DNA of 64,000 nucleotides, taken from assembly GCA_043803405.1 (NCBI GenBank), contig JAZDKB010000048.1, forward strand, positions 1 through 64,000, in the 5' to 3' direction. This document shows, piece by piece, positions 39,812 through 50,451 of this stretch (within the stretch, counting starts at the first letter, position 1; every line of letters starts with the position of its first letter). Origin of the DNA: Spirochaetota bacterium (GTDB lineage Bacteria > Spirochaetota > UBA4802 > JAFGDQ01). The position numbers were made by a program, and so were the translations under genes. The notes under the pieces were generated by a model. The model was not told the DNA's origin. It saw nothing but the letters and a program-made list of their open reading frames with translations, and ran no database searches.

Positions 39812-41050
39812 ATGACAGAAAAGAAACTGCCTTTCACTAAGGCTCAAATTGAAAACATAATCAGCAAATATCCTACTCCGTTCCATATATACGATGAAAA
39901 AGCGATCAAGGAAAACGCTGCTAAACTGTTAAAGGCTTTTTCGTGGGCAGAGTTTAAGGAATACTTTGCAGTAAAGGCAACCCCAAATCCGCATATTATC
40001 AGGCTGCTTAAGGAGTTCGGCTTTGGCACAGACTGCAGCTCCTTGCCCGAACTTATGCTCTCGGAAAAGGCAGGGATCACAGGCGAAAACATTATGTTCA
40101 CTTCAAACGACACGCCTGCAAACGAATACGTAAAAGCAAAAGAGCTGGGCGCAATAATTAACCTGGACGATATCAGCCATATATCTTTTCTTGAAAAAAT
40201 TTGCGGAATACCTGAAGTCATATCCCTAAGATATAATCCCGGGCCATTGCGCAAAGGCAATGTTATAATCGGAGACCCTGTGGAATCCAAATACGGGTTT
40301 ACGCGTCCCCAGATTTTTGAGGGCTTCAGGATATTGCGGGAAAAGGGTGCGAAAAGATTCGGGCTTCACTCATTTGTTATATCCAACGAGCTTAACAGGG
40401 CCAGTTATGTTGAAACTGCGCGCATGCTTTTTAATATGGCTGCGGATTTAAAAAATGAGATCGGGATAAAACTGGAGTTCGTTAATTTAAGCGGCGGCAT
40501 CGGCATACCGTACCGGCCCGAACAGGACGCTGTTGACCTCATCGCCCTTGGCAAAGAGATTGAGGCAGTATATAAGGAAATAATTGCGGCCAACGGCCTG
40601 CATCCGGTGAAAATATTTTCCGAGTGCGGGAGAATGATAACAGGCCCGTACGGGTATCTTGTATCTACTGTTCTTCATAAGAAGGATATTTACAAAGAGT
40701 ATGTAGGGCTGGACGCCAGCATGGCGAATTTAATGCGGCCTGCCATTTACGGCGCGTATCATCACATTACTGTTATGGGCAAAGACAACATGCCACACAA
40801 CCGCGTTTACGATGTAACTGGATCGCTTTGCGAGAATAACGATAAATTTGCCGTCGACCGCAAGCTGCCCGAGATCGCTATAGGCGACATCGTGGTTATT
40901 CACGATGCGGGCGCTCACGGGCATGCAATGGGATTCAACTACAACGGCAAGCTGCGTTCCGCAGAACTTCTGCTTAAGGAAGACGGGCAGGTTAAGATGA
41001 TACGGAGAGCGGAGACTGTTGAAGATTACTTTGCTACGCTGAATTTTTAG
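39812..41050 (+). CDS. lysA: diaminopimelate decarboxylase
   Basis: YPTPFHIYDE, YFAVKA, ESKYG, SGGIG, ECGR, GSLCENND, FNYN. Confidence 0.93.
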   Translation: MTEKKLPFTKAQIENIISKYPTPFHIYDEKAIKENAAKLLKAFSWAEFKEYFAVKATPNPHIIRLLKEFGFGTDCSSLPELMLSEKAGITGENIMFTSNDTPANEYVKAKELGAIINLDDISHISFLEKICGIPEVISLRYNPGPLRKGNVIIGDPVESKYGFTRPQIFEGFRILREKGAKRFGLHSFVISNELNRASYVETARMLFNMAADLKNEIGIKLEFVNLSGGIGIPYRPEQDAVDLIALGKEIEAVYKEIIAANGLHPVKIFSECGRMITGPYGYLVSTVLHKKDIYKEYVGLDASMANLMRPAIYGAYHHITVMGKDNMPHNRVYDVTGSLCENNDKFAVDRKLPEIAIGDIVVIHDAGAHGHAMGFNYNGKLRSAELLLKEDGQVKMIRRAETVEDYFATLNF

Positions 41051-41317
41051 TAAAAAATCACCTGGCATATTTATCTGCATTAAAAGAATACTCCCCTGAA
41101 CATCCCACGGATTATTATAAACAGATGACTTTCATTAAAATTCTATTATTTTCGATCATTCTGATTGACATATTAATATCCATATATATATTATATAGAT
41201 CAATATTACCCGGATTGTTGACGAATATATATTAGGCAACTATATTTACTCTTTGTATCTTCTAAACTGTTGCATTAATAATTTTTATACAATGAAAAAT
41301 TTGTCGGAGGTAAAAGA

Positions 41318-41659
41318 ATGGAAGGGAAAAGAATAGGTAATAGAAGACGTGGTCCGGATGCGCTTACAAAAGCAATTACCATCTTTGCAGCAATATCATG
41401 GGCGCTGATTTTTATTGTATTTCTTCTTATTACATACGGCAAACCTAGAATGGGAGGAACATTTTTTGCGCAGGCAGGCGATAGCACAATGACAAACTAT
41501 GCCAATATTGCCCTTGGAGTAGTTTTTTTTGTGTGCCTGGTAGGCCTGCTGATTAATATGAACCGTCACAAACGAAAAAGCGACAGGTTCAGCAAATCAT
41601 TGATTTTTTTCGGCATAGGGTCCATTATATGGCTTATATATAATTTAATGTCAAAATAA
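41318..41659 (+). CDS. hypothetical membrane protein (3 TM)
   Basis: GGAGG RBS, RRRGPD N-terminal motif, RHKRKSD loop. Confidence 0.7.
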   Translation: MEGKRIGNRRRGPDALTKAITIFAAISWALIFIVFLLITYGKPRMGGTFFAQAGDSTMTNYANIALGVVFFVCLVGLLINMNRHKRKSDRFSKSLIFFGIGSIIWLIYNLMSK

Positions 41660-41699
41660 CGGAATATATTATTACAATTGTATATATAGCATTTAATTC

Positions 41700-42500
41700 T
41701 TATCTGAATAACTTTTGGAGCTGGCCTTTATTATAGAGAGACAAAAGGTCCATGCTCCATGCAACTGCCACATGAATAATAATTCCTCCGTATAATGAGT
41801 GCGTCCGCAAAGCAAGAGTCCCCAGAGTAATTCCGGTAATCACAGCTCCAATGGTTTCGGCAACAGGTTTTGTAAAATGTATCATCGAATATGGTATAAC
41901 CATAACAAATATCGCGTATGCACCTATATATCTTGCCATGGAGAACAGCAAAAAACCCCTGAAAAAGAATTCGAGCATAAAGAACTGCGTTCCGTATCCG
42001 GCTTCCCACATTATCAGCTGACCGAAAGTCCGGGCAGCATCTTTATAAAACGGATATTTATTCAGAAAAGCGGGAGAAAATGATACAGTATAAACAAACG
42101 GAAATACCAGTATAAACATGATTAAATACAGCAGGTATATTCCGGGTTTGTTTTTTATTTTAAAACCATAGTCACGGATTCTTTCTTTAAAAATAAATTT
42201 AATCACCAACGCAGGCAGCAGAAAATAATTAAGGGCCGTCGATAATGCCCAGTAAAGCTCCATCCATAACTGCGGATACTCAAGGCGCTGGATATAATAG
42301 TACAAAGGTCTGGATAGTTTATAGATTTCCGCTCTGCAGACATATTCCGAAATAATAAGCACTGCAGCAGCAGTAATAAACACACTAGCTGCTTTTAAAT
42401 TAAATAAATCCTCTGTTTTATATTCTTCATCGATTTTACGCCACTGAATTACAGTATAATGTTTAATTGAATTTTTAATAAAAGTATAAACGTTTTTCAT
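41700..42500 (-). CDS. CPBP (CAAX/Abi) family intramembrane metalloprotease
   Basis: LEFFFRG, PYSMIHFTKP, IIIH motifs; multi-TM. Confidence 0.85.
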   Translation of the reverse strand: MKNVYTFIKNSIKHYTVIQWRKIDEEYKTEDLFNLKAASVFITAAAVLIISEYVCRAEIYKLSRPLYYYIQRLEYPQLWMELYWALSTALNYFLLPALVIKFIFKERIRDYGFKIKNKPGIYLLYLIMFILVFPFVYTVSFSPAFLNKYPFYKDAARTFGQLIMWEAGYGTQFFMLEFFFRGFLLFSMARYIGAYAIFVMVIPYSMIHFTKPVAETIGAVITGITLGTLALRTHSLYGGIIIHVAVAWSMDLLSLYNKGQLQKLFR

Positions 42501-42708
42501 CTTATTGCCAACTCATCCTTATGTTTCTTTTAATTTTCAAAGCTGACGAAAATATAATTATTTATTTTTTTATTTCAACAGAAAATTATTTATAGAGACA
42601 TCCGGAAATACTTGAAATAAAAAAGCTTGAAATTATACGCTTAAAGATGATATCATTTCAGGAATACTTCAATGATATTAATTATTTGCAGGCGAATGGT
42701 ATAAAGAT

Positions 42709-42948
42709 ATGAAATTGACGAAGGAAATTGACGCTCTGATACTCGAGATGACCAGAAAAGGAATCAAACCCAGATATGTTGTAATCGGCCAGAACCAATA
42801 TAGGAGATGGGCACAGGAAACAGAGCAGGCTAATCTTGAAGACCTGGAAAATAAATATTTAGGCTGCGATATAGTAATTTGCGGCAGCGATATATTGGAA
42901 GTAGTACCCGAACCCAAAGAACTATATTCATTTTACAAAAGGAAATAA
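42709..42948 (+). CDS. hypothetical protein (79 aa)
   Basis: Plausible soluble ORF with normal codon use between divergent/convergent genes. Confidence 0.6.
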   Translation: MKLTKEIDALILEMTRKGIKPRYVVIGQNQYRRWAQETEQANLEDLENKYLGCDIVICGSDILEVVPEPKELYSFYKRK

Positions 42949-43019
42949 TTACAAGTCATCTCAAAATAAATTTTAAGTCAGCTCTATGTATAAAATTATA
43001 TTCTTGAGATGACTTGTAA
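42949..43019. repeat. MITE-like element / bidirectional hairpin with a perfect 16-bp TIR
   Basis: TTACAAGTCATCTCAA ... TTGAGATGACTTGTAA between convergent stop codons. Confidence 0.8.
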
Positions 43020-43023
43020 AATA

Positions 43024-43731
43024 TTATTCTGTTTCAACGATTAAAAGTGACAGTGGATCAAGCTTCAGATGCATATCATGTACAGGAAGAATTTCATGAT
43101 CTTTAACGAGCTGAAGATTAATATAGTCTTTTACCGGTTTCATGTAAATAATAATACTTATTTCGTTTATAAAGGCGGTCAGTAAGTCCGGAACACCTTT
43201 CCCGTCCGGGACAATTTCATTATCTTTCAAAGAAACGCTGAACCATATTTCAAGTCCAAGCTCTGCAGCAAAATTCCTTATAACTTTTAAATCATCAACA
43301 GTGCATTTGTGGAAATCGTACCCATCTACAATAATACTATCTGCGGAAAAATGACCGTCCTTGATTAAGGATTTTATACTGTTTGTAATTTGATTTATTT
43401 TAACGCCGTCCTGGTTAAAATTCATTATGATTCTGTTCTTTACTATCTGGTCGTGCACATCCATGGCAGATTCTATATTGAATTTTTTTGCTATCTCTTC
43501 AAATATATCCTCGTACCATGATATGATATGGCCGGTATTTGCTGCAAAAGATACATGTATAATATGCTTGTTATTGAATAATTCATCTGTAGCTATATGG
43601 ACAAGACATGCCGTTTTGCCGACGCCTTTGCGTGCTGCGATTACGCCGATGTTTCCCTTACCGAGTTCTCCGCGGGAAGAATGCTCTAAAATCCTTAATG
43701 GATTCCTTTTTGTCTGCTCGGTTCTAATCAT
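43024..43731 (-). CDS. RecA/KaiC/DnaB-like P-loop protein
   Basis: GNIGVIAARKGVGKT Walker A, IHVSF, IIVDG Walker B; 12 bp downstream of fusA. Confidence 0.7.
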   Translation of the reverse strand: MIRTEQTKRNPLRILEHSSRGELGKGNIGVIAARKGVGKTACLVHIATDELFNNKHIIHVSFAANTGHIISWYEDIFEEIAKKFNIESAMDVHDQIVKNRIIMNFNQDGVKINQITNSIKSLIKDGHFSADSIIVDGYDFHKCTVDDLKVIRNFAAELGLEIWFSVSLKDNEIVPDGKGVPDLLTAFINEISIIIYMKPVKDYINLQLVKDHEILPVHDMHLKLDPLSLLIVETE

Positions 43732-43743
43732 TATGTTAACTCC

Positions 43744-45825
43744 CTATTTTTTCTTCTTTTTTTCATCTAATTCTTTTTTGATTTTTTCAGCTATGCTTTC
43801 CGGTACTTTCGCGTATTTGAGAAATTCCATTGTGAATTCCGATTTTCCCTGAGTCATGGATCTTAAATCGGTGGAATAACCGAACATTTCGGAAAGCGGC
43901 ACTTCTGCTTCCACGCGGCAGATCACATCGTCTTCAGTTGTGCTTATAATAATACCGCGTCTTTGATTTATGCTTCCGAACACATTACCCTGGAATTCCG
44001 ACGGGCCTTCTACAACGACTTTCATTATAGGTTCAAGAATTTGCGGGCTGGCTTTGCTGTATATCTGCCAGAACGCCGATGTTGCAGCAACCTGGAATGC
44101 CATTGTTGACGAATCCACTGCATGGAAGTCGCCGTCTTCCAGTGTTACTTTTACTCCGACAATGGGGAATCCGATAAGCCTGCCTTTCTTTAAGCATTCA
44201 TGGAATCCTTTTTCGCATGCCGGAATATATTCGGTAGGGATTACCCCGCCTTTTATTTTATTCTCGAACTCGAAAATTTCTTCGAGGGACGGTGCAATTC
44301 TGCCGACTATACGTGCGAACTGTCCGGATCCTCCGGTCTGTTTCTTATGCGTGTAGTCGAATTCAACTTCTTTTGTTATTGCTTCGCGGTAAGCCACCTG
44401 CGGCATACCTGCTTCCACTATGACGTCATATTCGCGTTTCATTCTCTCGATGTAAACATCAAGATGAAGTTCGCCCATACCGCTTATTATTCTCTCACCG
44501 GATTCTTCGTCCGTGTATGTTTTGAATGTCGGGTCCTCTTTCGAGAATCTGTTCAAAGCTTTACCGAGGTTATCCGATGATTTAAGGTCCTTCGGCGTTA
44601 TTGCAAGTGAAATTACGGGTTCGGGCACATGCATCGTAGTCATGGAGTAGTTCAGGCTCGGATGCGTGAATGTATCACCCGAAGCGCAGTCAATTCCGAA
44701 TACTGCCACTATATCTCCGCATCTGGCGTTTGATATATCTTCCATTTTATCCGCATGCATGCGTATTAAACGGCCAACTTTAAACTTCTTTTTCGCCCTG
44801 GTGTTGTAAAGTTCATCTCCCTTTTTTACGGAGCCCTGGTAAATCCTTATATATGATAACTGACCATACTGTCCGTCTTCGAGCTTGAATGCAAGGGCAA
44901 CAGTGGGTTTATTTTTATCGGAATCGAGTACTACAGTTTTTTCATCATTATCTATATCGAGAGCAACGTTGTTAACGCCTGTAGGATCAGGCAGATATTT
45001 TACGACCATATCCAGCAGGGGCTGTATGCCTTTGTTTTTATAAGCAGAGCCGACTGCTACTGGCACTAACTGAAGCGATTGCGTGGCTTTATGTATAGCA
45101 TTATGGATCAATTCTTCCGTGACTTTATCTTCAAGGTAAGCTTCTGCCAGTTCGTCGGAAACCATTGTGACAGCGTCCAGAAGGGCCTTGCGTTTTGCAT
45201 CCGCTTCTTCGCGCAGATCGGCCGGTATTTCTTCAATACGGATGTTTTCCCCGTTGTCGCCGTCGAAATACATTGCTTTCATAGTGATCAGATCGACAAC
45301 GCCTTGCAGCTTGTCTTCGAGTCCGATAGGTATCTGAAGCAGAACAGCGTTAAGGCCGAGTTTTTCGCGAAGCTGCTGCGTTACCCTGTAAGGGTTTGCA
45401 CCTACGCGGTCGCATTTATTGACAAAAGCAATTCTCGGGACTTTGTAGCGTTTCAGCTGTCTGTCTACAGTGATTGACTGCGACTGCACGCCGCCTACGG
45501 CGCACAGGACGAGAATGGCGCCATCAAGAACGCGAAGCGCTCTTTCAACTTCGATTGTAAAGTCAACATGTCCTGGAGTATCAATAATATTGATGGAATA
45601 TTCGCCCCAGTCGACATTTGTTGCAGCCGAAGAAATGGTAATTCCGCGTTCGCGCTCCAGCTCCATGGAATCCATTGTGGCTCCCTTGCCGTCCTTGTCC
45701 TTTATCTCATGGATAGCGTGGATTTTTTTACAGTAAAATAGTATCCGCTCTGTGAGAGTAGTCTTGCCGGAATCTATGTGCGCGCTTATCCCGATATTGC
45801 GTATTATTGAAATGTCGTCCTGCAT
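43744..45825 (-). CDS. fusA: elongation factor G (spdEFG1/mtEFG1-type)
   Basis: [53 protein letters not shown]. Confidence 0.97.
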   Translation of the reverse strand: MQDDISIIRNIGISAHIDSGKTTLTERILFYCKKIHAIHEIKDKDGKGATMDSMELERERGITISSAATNVDWGEYSINIIDTPGHVDFTIEVERALRVLDGAILVLCAVGGVQSQSITVDRQLKRYKVPRIAFVNKCDRVGANPYRVTQQLREKLGLNAVLLQIPIGLEDKLQGVVDLITMKAMYFDGDNGENIRIEEIPADLREEADAKRKALLDAVTMVSDELAEAYLEDKVTEELIHNAIHKATQSLQLVPVAVGSAYKNKGIQPLLDMVVKYLPDPTGVNNVALDIDNDEKTVVLDSDKNKPTVALAFKLEDGQYGQLSYIRIYQGSVKKGDELYNTRAKKKFKVGRLIRMHADKMEDISNARCGDIVAVFGIDCASGDTFTHPSLNYSMTTMHVPEPVISLAITPKDLKSSDNLGKALNRFSKEDPTFKTYTDEESGERIISGMGELHLDVYIERMKREYDVIVEAGMPQVAYREAITKEVEFDYTHKKQTGGSGQFARIVGRIAPSLEEIFEFENKIKGGVIPTEYIPACEKGFHECLKKGRLIGFPIVGVKVTLEDGDFHAVDSSTMAFQVAATSAFWQIYSKASPQILEPIMKVVVEGPSEFQGNVFGSINQRRGIIISTTEDDVICRVEAEVPLSEMFGYSTDLRSMTQGKSEFTMEFLKYAKVPESIAEKIKKELDEKKKKK

Positions 45826-45932
45826 TAAAAGATGCTCCAGTGTTAAAGAAATTCTAATATTATCTTAATTATTTAAATTAAAGAGACCAAAAAGTATGTT
45901 GCGCAAAAAATAAGTCAAATATTTTTTTATTT

Positions 45933-46178
45933 TTATAAAAGTTTATCGAATTCTTTTCTGCATTGCTTAATTGCTTTATCGAATTTTTCGAAAATTTTTT
46001 TTTCGGTGCATTCCTTCTCGAAATCATTATAGCTGTGCGCATGTTTTTCCGCGACAGACAATAATTCGTTATAGACTTTTGTGAGGCGGTTTATTAATAC
46101 CTTGTTTTCTAAATAGTCTTTATATTTTTCGTATGCTGAAATATAATCAGTTAGTACATGCATTATTTTTTTATTCAT
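45933..46178 (-). CDS. hypothetical protein (81 aa, helical)
   Basis: Co-oriented 4 bp after the DUF1577-like gene. Confidence 0.55.
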   Translation of the reverse strand: MNKKIMHVLTDYISAYEKYKDYLENKVLINRLTKVYNELLSVAEKHAHSYNDFEKECTEKKIFEKFDKAIKQCRKEFDKLL

Positions 46179-46182
46179 ATAA

Positions 46183-47280
46183 TTATACCTTTAGTCCCAG
46201 GGATTCCAGAAAATCAAAATAATTAACCTCACTAAGAGCATCTATTTCTATTATTTTGCATCCGACTTTGTAACTGCTCCCGTTTATTGAAATATTCTGA
46301 ACACCGGCCAGCATGTTTGATTTAGTGTTATCAGGGAGAACAAGATCAAAATAAACGAGCTGATCCTTGCTGAAATATTTTATGCATTGCTTGTCCTTGA
46401 ATATTACTCCCAGGCCGCTTTTTGAAACATCGGAGACTGCAATTCTTTCTTCCGCCTGCGGAAAAAATCCGTGCTTATTTAATAACTCATTAGTAATGAC
46501 AGCCATTTTTTTTACAACCTGCATTGCGGATTCAGCAAATGGCGACTTGTTGTTGACCTGGACATATCCATAAGGGATTTTCATTCTGTAAACTATAGGT
46601 ACGGAAATTTCCGAAATTAACTGCCGGTTATTTGTCAGGTTATTGTCATTAGAATATATGTTTTTTATATAATAATGATAAAATTCCTTATGTTTATCCT
46701 CAGGTTCATTATGAATATCCGCGATAAATATTGGCCTTATGTTGTCTTTAAAATAATTCATTCTGTCATCTTTACCATATTGAAGAAAATACAGGCGAAT
46801 ATGATCGAATGACTGTTCCAGCTTAATTTTAATTGTGTCTTCAATTGCCTTTTTCTTTTTCTTGTTATATTCCAGACTGTTTTTTATTATGTATTCTGAG
46901 ATCATATTAGCAATAAACAACCTGTGATTAAGCTTGTTTTGCGGATCAAGAATTATTCTTTCTTCTTTTCTTGGTGTGTAGACAACCTGTATTTTTACAG
47001 GGGAGAAAATATACGTAACACTGTCTTTTTTCTCCAGGAATTTTAAAAAAGCGTAAAATGTGTATCCGGATGTATTACGGCATAAAATAAGATAATCTTT
47101 TTCGATTATATAAAAATCCTTGATTTCAAAAAGCAGTTTATTATCAGCAAAGCTCAGGAATTTAACGCGTATAACTGTCTGATTATCTTTAATAAAAGAC
47201 TGAAATTTTGTGAATTCATTGTTGAATATTTTGTCAAATGATGCTGCGTCGCTGTAGGTTGTAACGGATTCAATATCCAT
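46183..47280 (-). CDS. DUF1577-like PilZ/GAF-type protein
   Basis: RKEER, GAF-like ISEISVPIVY..PYGYVQV, PilZ-like DVSKSGLG. Confidence 0.7.
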   Translation of the reverse strand: MDIESVTTYSDAASFDKIFNNEFTKFQSFIKDNQTVIRVKFLSFADNKLLFEIKDFYIIEKDYLILCRNTSGYTFYAFLKFLEKKDSVTYIFSPVKIQVVYTPRKEERIILDPQNKLNHRLFIANMISEYIIKNSLEYNKKKKKAIEDTIKIKLEQSFDHIRLYFLQYGKDDRMNYFKDNIRPIFIADIHNEPEDKHKEFYHYYIKNIYSNDNNLTNNRQLISEISVPIVYRMKIPYGYVQVNNKSPFAESAMQVVKKMAVITNELLNKHGFFPQAEERIAVSDVSKSGLGVIFKDKQCIKYFSKDQLVYFDLVLPDNTKSNMLAGVQNISINGSSYKVGCKIIEIDALSEVNYFDFLESLGLKV

Positions 47281-47389
47281 ATTATTGCCCGATGATAAAA
47301 GTAATTGTAAGCAGGAAACTTGTATGCCGGATAATACTGGATTAAATATTAAACTATTATGCTTATAATAGCAAGAGAAAATCAGGAGG

Positions 47390-49807
47390 TTATCTGTTTA
47401 GCAGCGCTATGGTGACACCATCGCCGCCTTCTCCCTGTTCGCCGGGACGAAATTTTGCAACATACCTGGAGAACTTAAGCTGGCTGCGCACTGCGAGTTT
47501 CAGGGCGCCTGTGCCGTGCCCGTGAATAATTACCGCTGTGTCAATGCCGCTGCGCATCATTCTGTCAAGCTCCGTTTCGAGCCTGTTTATTGCTTCGTCT
47601 GCTTTTAATCCGCGAAGGTCAATTGTGTTGTAGCGGGTCTGTAAAGTGCCGGGTACAGGCTTGTCCGTTTCATCCGGGTGCCTTGTTGCCGGCCTTGCTG
47701 CTTCAGGCTCTTTCTTTTCCTTCTTCTTCGCTTTTTTTACGGATACGGACAGGAGATCTTCAAAACTGTATTTCGCTTTTATTGCATTGCCGAGTACGAC
47801 CGATACTCTTTTAGCAGCAGTATCAATATTGCTGATCCTGCCTGTTTTTTCCAGCGATGCTATAAAAACATAATCGCCCTGTTTTGCTTTTTCCGGCACA
47901 AATGGCAGATACTTGTTTATAAACCTTTTTTGCCGGTCTTTCCTTAATTCAGCGGATACTTTATCTTTAGTCTCTTTAAGTTCGTGCTTTATCTTCTCAA
48001 GCTCTTTTACGTTTTTGTTCTGCAGATCGTTTAATTTATCAGTTATGTCTTTTCTGTATCTGTTTATTTCTTCAATGAAATCGATCCCGCGTTCGTTTTT
48101 AATCTCTTCAATTCTTTGATCCAGTTTCATTTTGGTTTCGATATTCTTATTCTTTTCTATTATAAGCTGCTCATTGGTTTCCTTTATTTTTTTTTGCTCT
48201 TCTTCTATCTCTTCCTTATGTTTCTGAATGTTTTCGATAAGGGCTTCAGTGGACATTTCGCGGCTATCCAGAAGTTCTTTTGCCCTGCTTATAACTTCAT
48301 CCGGCATTCCGTAATTTTTTGCAATGTCGAGAGCATAGCTTGTGCCGGGAATGCCTGTTCTAAGCCTGTAAGTTGGACGGAGCGTATCGATGTCAAAGGA
48401 TACGGACGCATTAGTAAACCGCCTGTTGATTGATGGCAGCTCTTTTAATTCAGGGTAGTGTGTTGCGACAATGATTATTGAGTCCGTACCTGCGAGCTTT
48501 TCAAGAACGGACTGCGCAAGAACAGCTCCCTGTCTCGGATTTGTCCCTACCAGAATTTCGTCTACCAGGATCAAAGTATCTTTATTAGCGCGTTCTATCA
48601 TTTCTTTAATAATGACGATCTGTCCAGAATAAGTCGAGAGCGATTCCAGTATGCTCTGGTCGTCCCCAATGTCTGCGAGTATGTTGGAGAATATTCCTAT
48701 TGCCGAGTCCGGGCCTGCCGGTATGTGAAGCCCGTGCATAGCCAGAAGCGCACACAGCCCCACAGTCTTAAGGAGTACTGTCTTTCCCCCGGTGTTTGCG
48801 CCGGAAATTATCATACAATTATATTCTTTTCCGATTGATATGTCGTTCGGGACAACTGCCTCCGGGCTCATTAAGAAGAGCAAAGGATGACGTGCGCTCT
48901 GAAGATCAATTATGTTTTCGTTCACTATTTGCGGCTCGCTTCCTTTTACTTCGATGCTGAATTTCGCTGAGGCGGTTAAAATGTCAAGCCTTGCAAGCAG
49001 TGTCGCGTTCGATCGCAGTTCGCCGGAATGTTTCGCGATCTCTTTTGTCAGCTCGCGGAGTATTCTGGATATCTCGATTTTGTAATCCCGTTCGAGCATT
49101 ATCATCTTATTATTCAAATGCGTAATCTCTTCAGGCTCAATGTAAAGTGTTGCTCCGCTGGCAGACAGGTCATGTATGTTGCCTTTGACCTTATCCTTCA
49201 TATTTGTTTTTATAAGAATAACGTAGCGTTCGTTGCGTATCGTGTGTATCTTTTCCTGAAGAGCGGAGGAAAGCGAAGACGAGTTAAAAATCGAGTTTAG
49301 CTTTTTTTCAATTTCCTGTTTAACGCCGGATAAATTATCCTTAATATTTTTTAACGCAGGATATTTGTTGGTATTTAATTCGTTGTTGTCTGTGACCGAT
49401 GAGTAAAGAAGATCTTTTAAATCATTTAGCCTGGCAAGAAAACCGAATTCCACGGAAATTGAAACAAGGATATCCTTATGCTTCGAAATAAAATTTATTA
49501 TCCTGTTGGATGCCGTAATAAAATTTCTGATGACGCATACATCGCTTATCTGAAGAACACCTTCCTTCTCGGCAATGTCCAGGAGCGGGCTTATGTTCTC
49601 AGCGCCTGTAAAGTCGGGCTGCTCGCTCTGAAGCATTGTTTCTTTCAGCTCGGTAATTTCCTTAAGCCTCGATTTTGCCTTTTCGGCCGCAAGCGGTTTG
49701 ATCGCCTGCGCAATTTCCCTGCCAGTGGATGTTGCGCACCGCGAAGCAAGCTCTGTAATTATGCTGTCCCATTCGAGTATGCGCAGCACTCGTTCGGATA
49801 TTTTCAT
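47390..49807 (-). CDS. mutS2: endonuclease MutS2
   Basis: LEWDSI, HDLSASGATLYIEP, SGANTGGKT, DIGDDQSI, ATHY, coiled coil, C-terminal Smr IDLRG..IIHGHGTG. Confidence 0.95.
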   Translation of the reverse strand: MKISERVLRILEWDSIITELASRCATSTGREIAQAIKPLAAEKAKSRLKEITELKETMLQSEQPDFTGAENISPLLDIAEKEGVLQISDVCVIRNFITASNRIINFISKHKDILVSISVEFGFLARLNDLKDLLYSSVTDNNELNTNKYPALKNIKDNLSGVKQEIEKKLNSIFNSSSLSSALQEKIHTIRNERYVILIKTNMKDKVKGNIHDLSASGATLYIEPEEITHLNNKMIMLERDYKIEISRILRELTKEIAKHSGELRSNATLLARLDILTASAKFSIEVKGSEPQIVNENIIDLQSARHPLLFLMSPEAVVPNDISIGKEYNCMIISGANTGGKTVLLKTVGLCALLAMHGLHIPAGPDSAIGIFSNILADIGDDQSILESLSTYSGQIVIIKEMIERANKDTLILVDEILVGTNPRQGAVLAQSVLEKLAGTDSIIIVATHYPELKELPSINRRFTNASVSFDIDTLRPTYRLRTGIPGTSYALDIAKNYGMPDEVISRAKELLDSREMSTEALIENIQKHKEEIEEEQKKIKETNEQLIIEKNKNIETKMKLDQRIEEIKNERGIDFIEEINRYRKDITDKLNDLQNKNVKELEKIKHELKETKDKVSAELRKDRQKRFINKYLPFVPEKAKQGDYVFIASLEKTGRISNIDTAAKRVSVVLGNAIKAKYSFEDLLSVSVKKAKKKEKKEPEAARPATRHPDETDKPVPGTLQTRYNTIDLRGLKADEAINRLETELDRMMRSGIDTAVIIHGHGTGALKLAVRSQLKFSRYVAKFRPGEQGEGGDGVTIALLNR

Positions 49808-49992
49808 AAATTAGTTTGTTCCCGTTTGCCCAGAATTGACAATTATTTTGCCATTCAAGGGCCTTTTAGCTAAAAAAGTCAACCAAGTTGAGTAATTTCG
49901 GATGTCTATAATTTAATATGGCATTTGTTCTTAATTTTAATCAAAATAATAGTAAAGAACATCATTGTTTTTGGGAGGAATGATTTTTCTTG

Positions 49993-50271
49993 TTACTTTA
50001 GGGCGTCTTTATCTTTCAAAACAGCTATCGTAGCGCCCCAGTTGGAGCCGTCATCGCTGAATGACTCGATTTTACTGTTTTTAGCGAGTTCATCATGTAC
50101 TATAGTTTTAATAGTAGAAATACCCTTGCCATGTACAATCCTGATCTGCTTTTTGCCGTTCTGAGCAGCAATTTTAATAAATTCAATTAAAACATCCTTC
50201 ACGTCTTTTGCGTGAAAATGATGCAGGTCCAGTTCGTAATCAAGGTCTATCTTTATTATTTCATCTTCCAT
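49993..50271 (-). CDS. stand-alone Smr domain protein
   Basis: LDLHHF, IRIVHGKG, NWGAT; start moved to MEDEII. Confidence 0.88.
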   Translation of the reverse strand: MEDEIIKIDLDYELDLHHFHAKDVKDVLIEFIKIAAQNGKKQIRIVHGKGISTIKTIVHDELAKNSKIESFSDDGSNWGATIAVLKDKDALK

Positions 50272-50451
50272 TATAATTGATCCGTTAAAATGCATTATTT
50301 CATAATAGCAATTAAAATACAAATAATTAATTGCGTAATAACGGGGAATAAGATAAAAATTAAGAATCTTGACATAAATTTTTTATTATATAAACTATCA
50401 CCCGAACATGATAATTATTGTCCGGTTATAAGATTTAATGGAGATCCTTAT

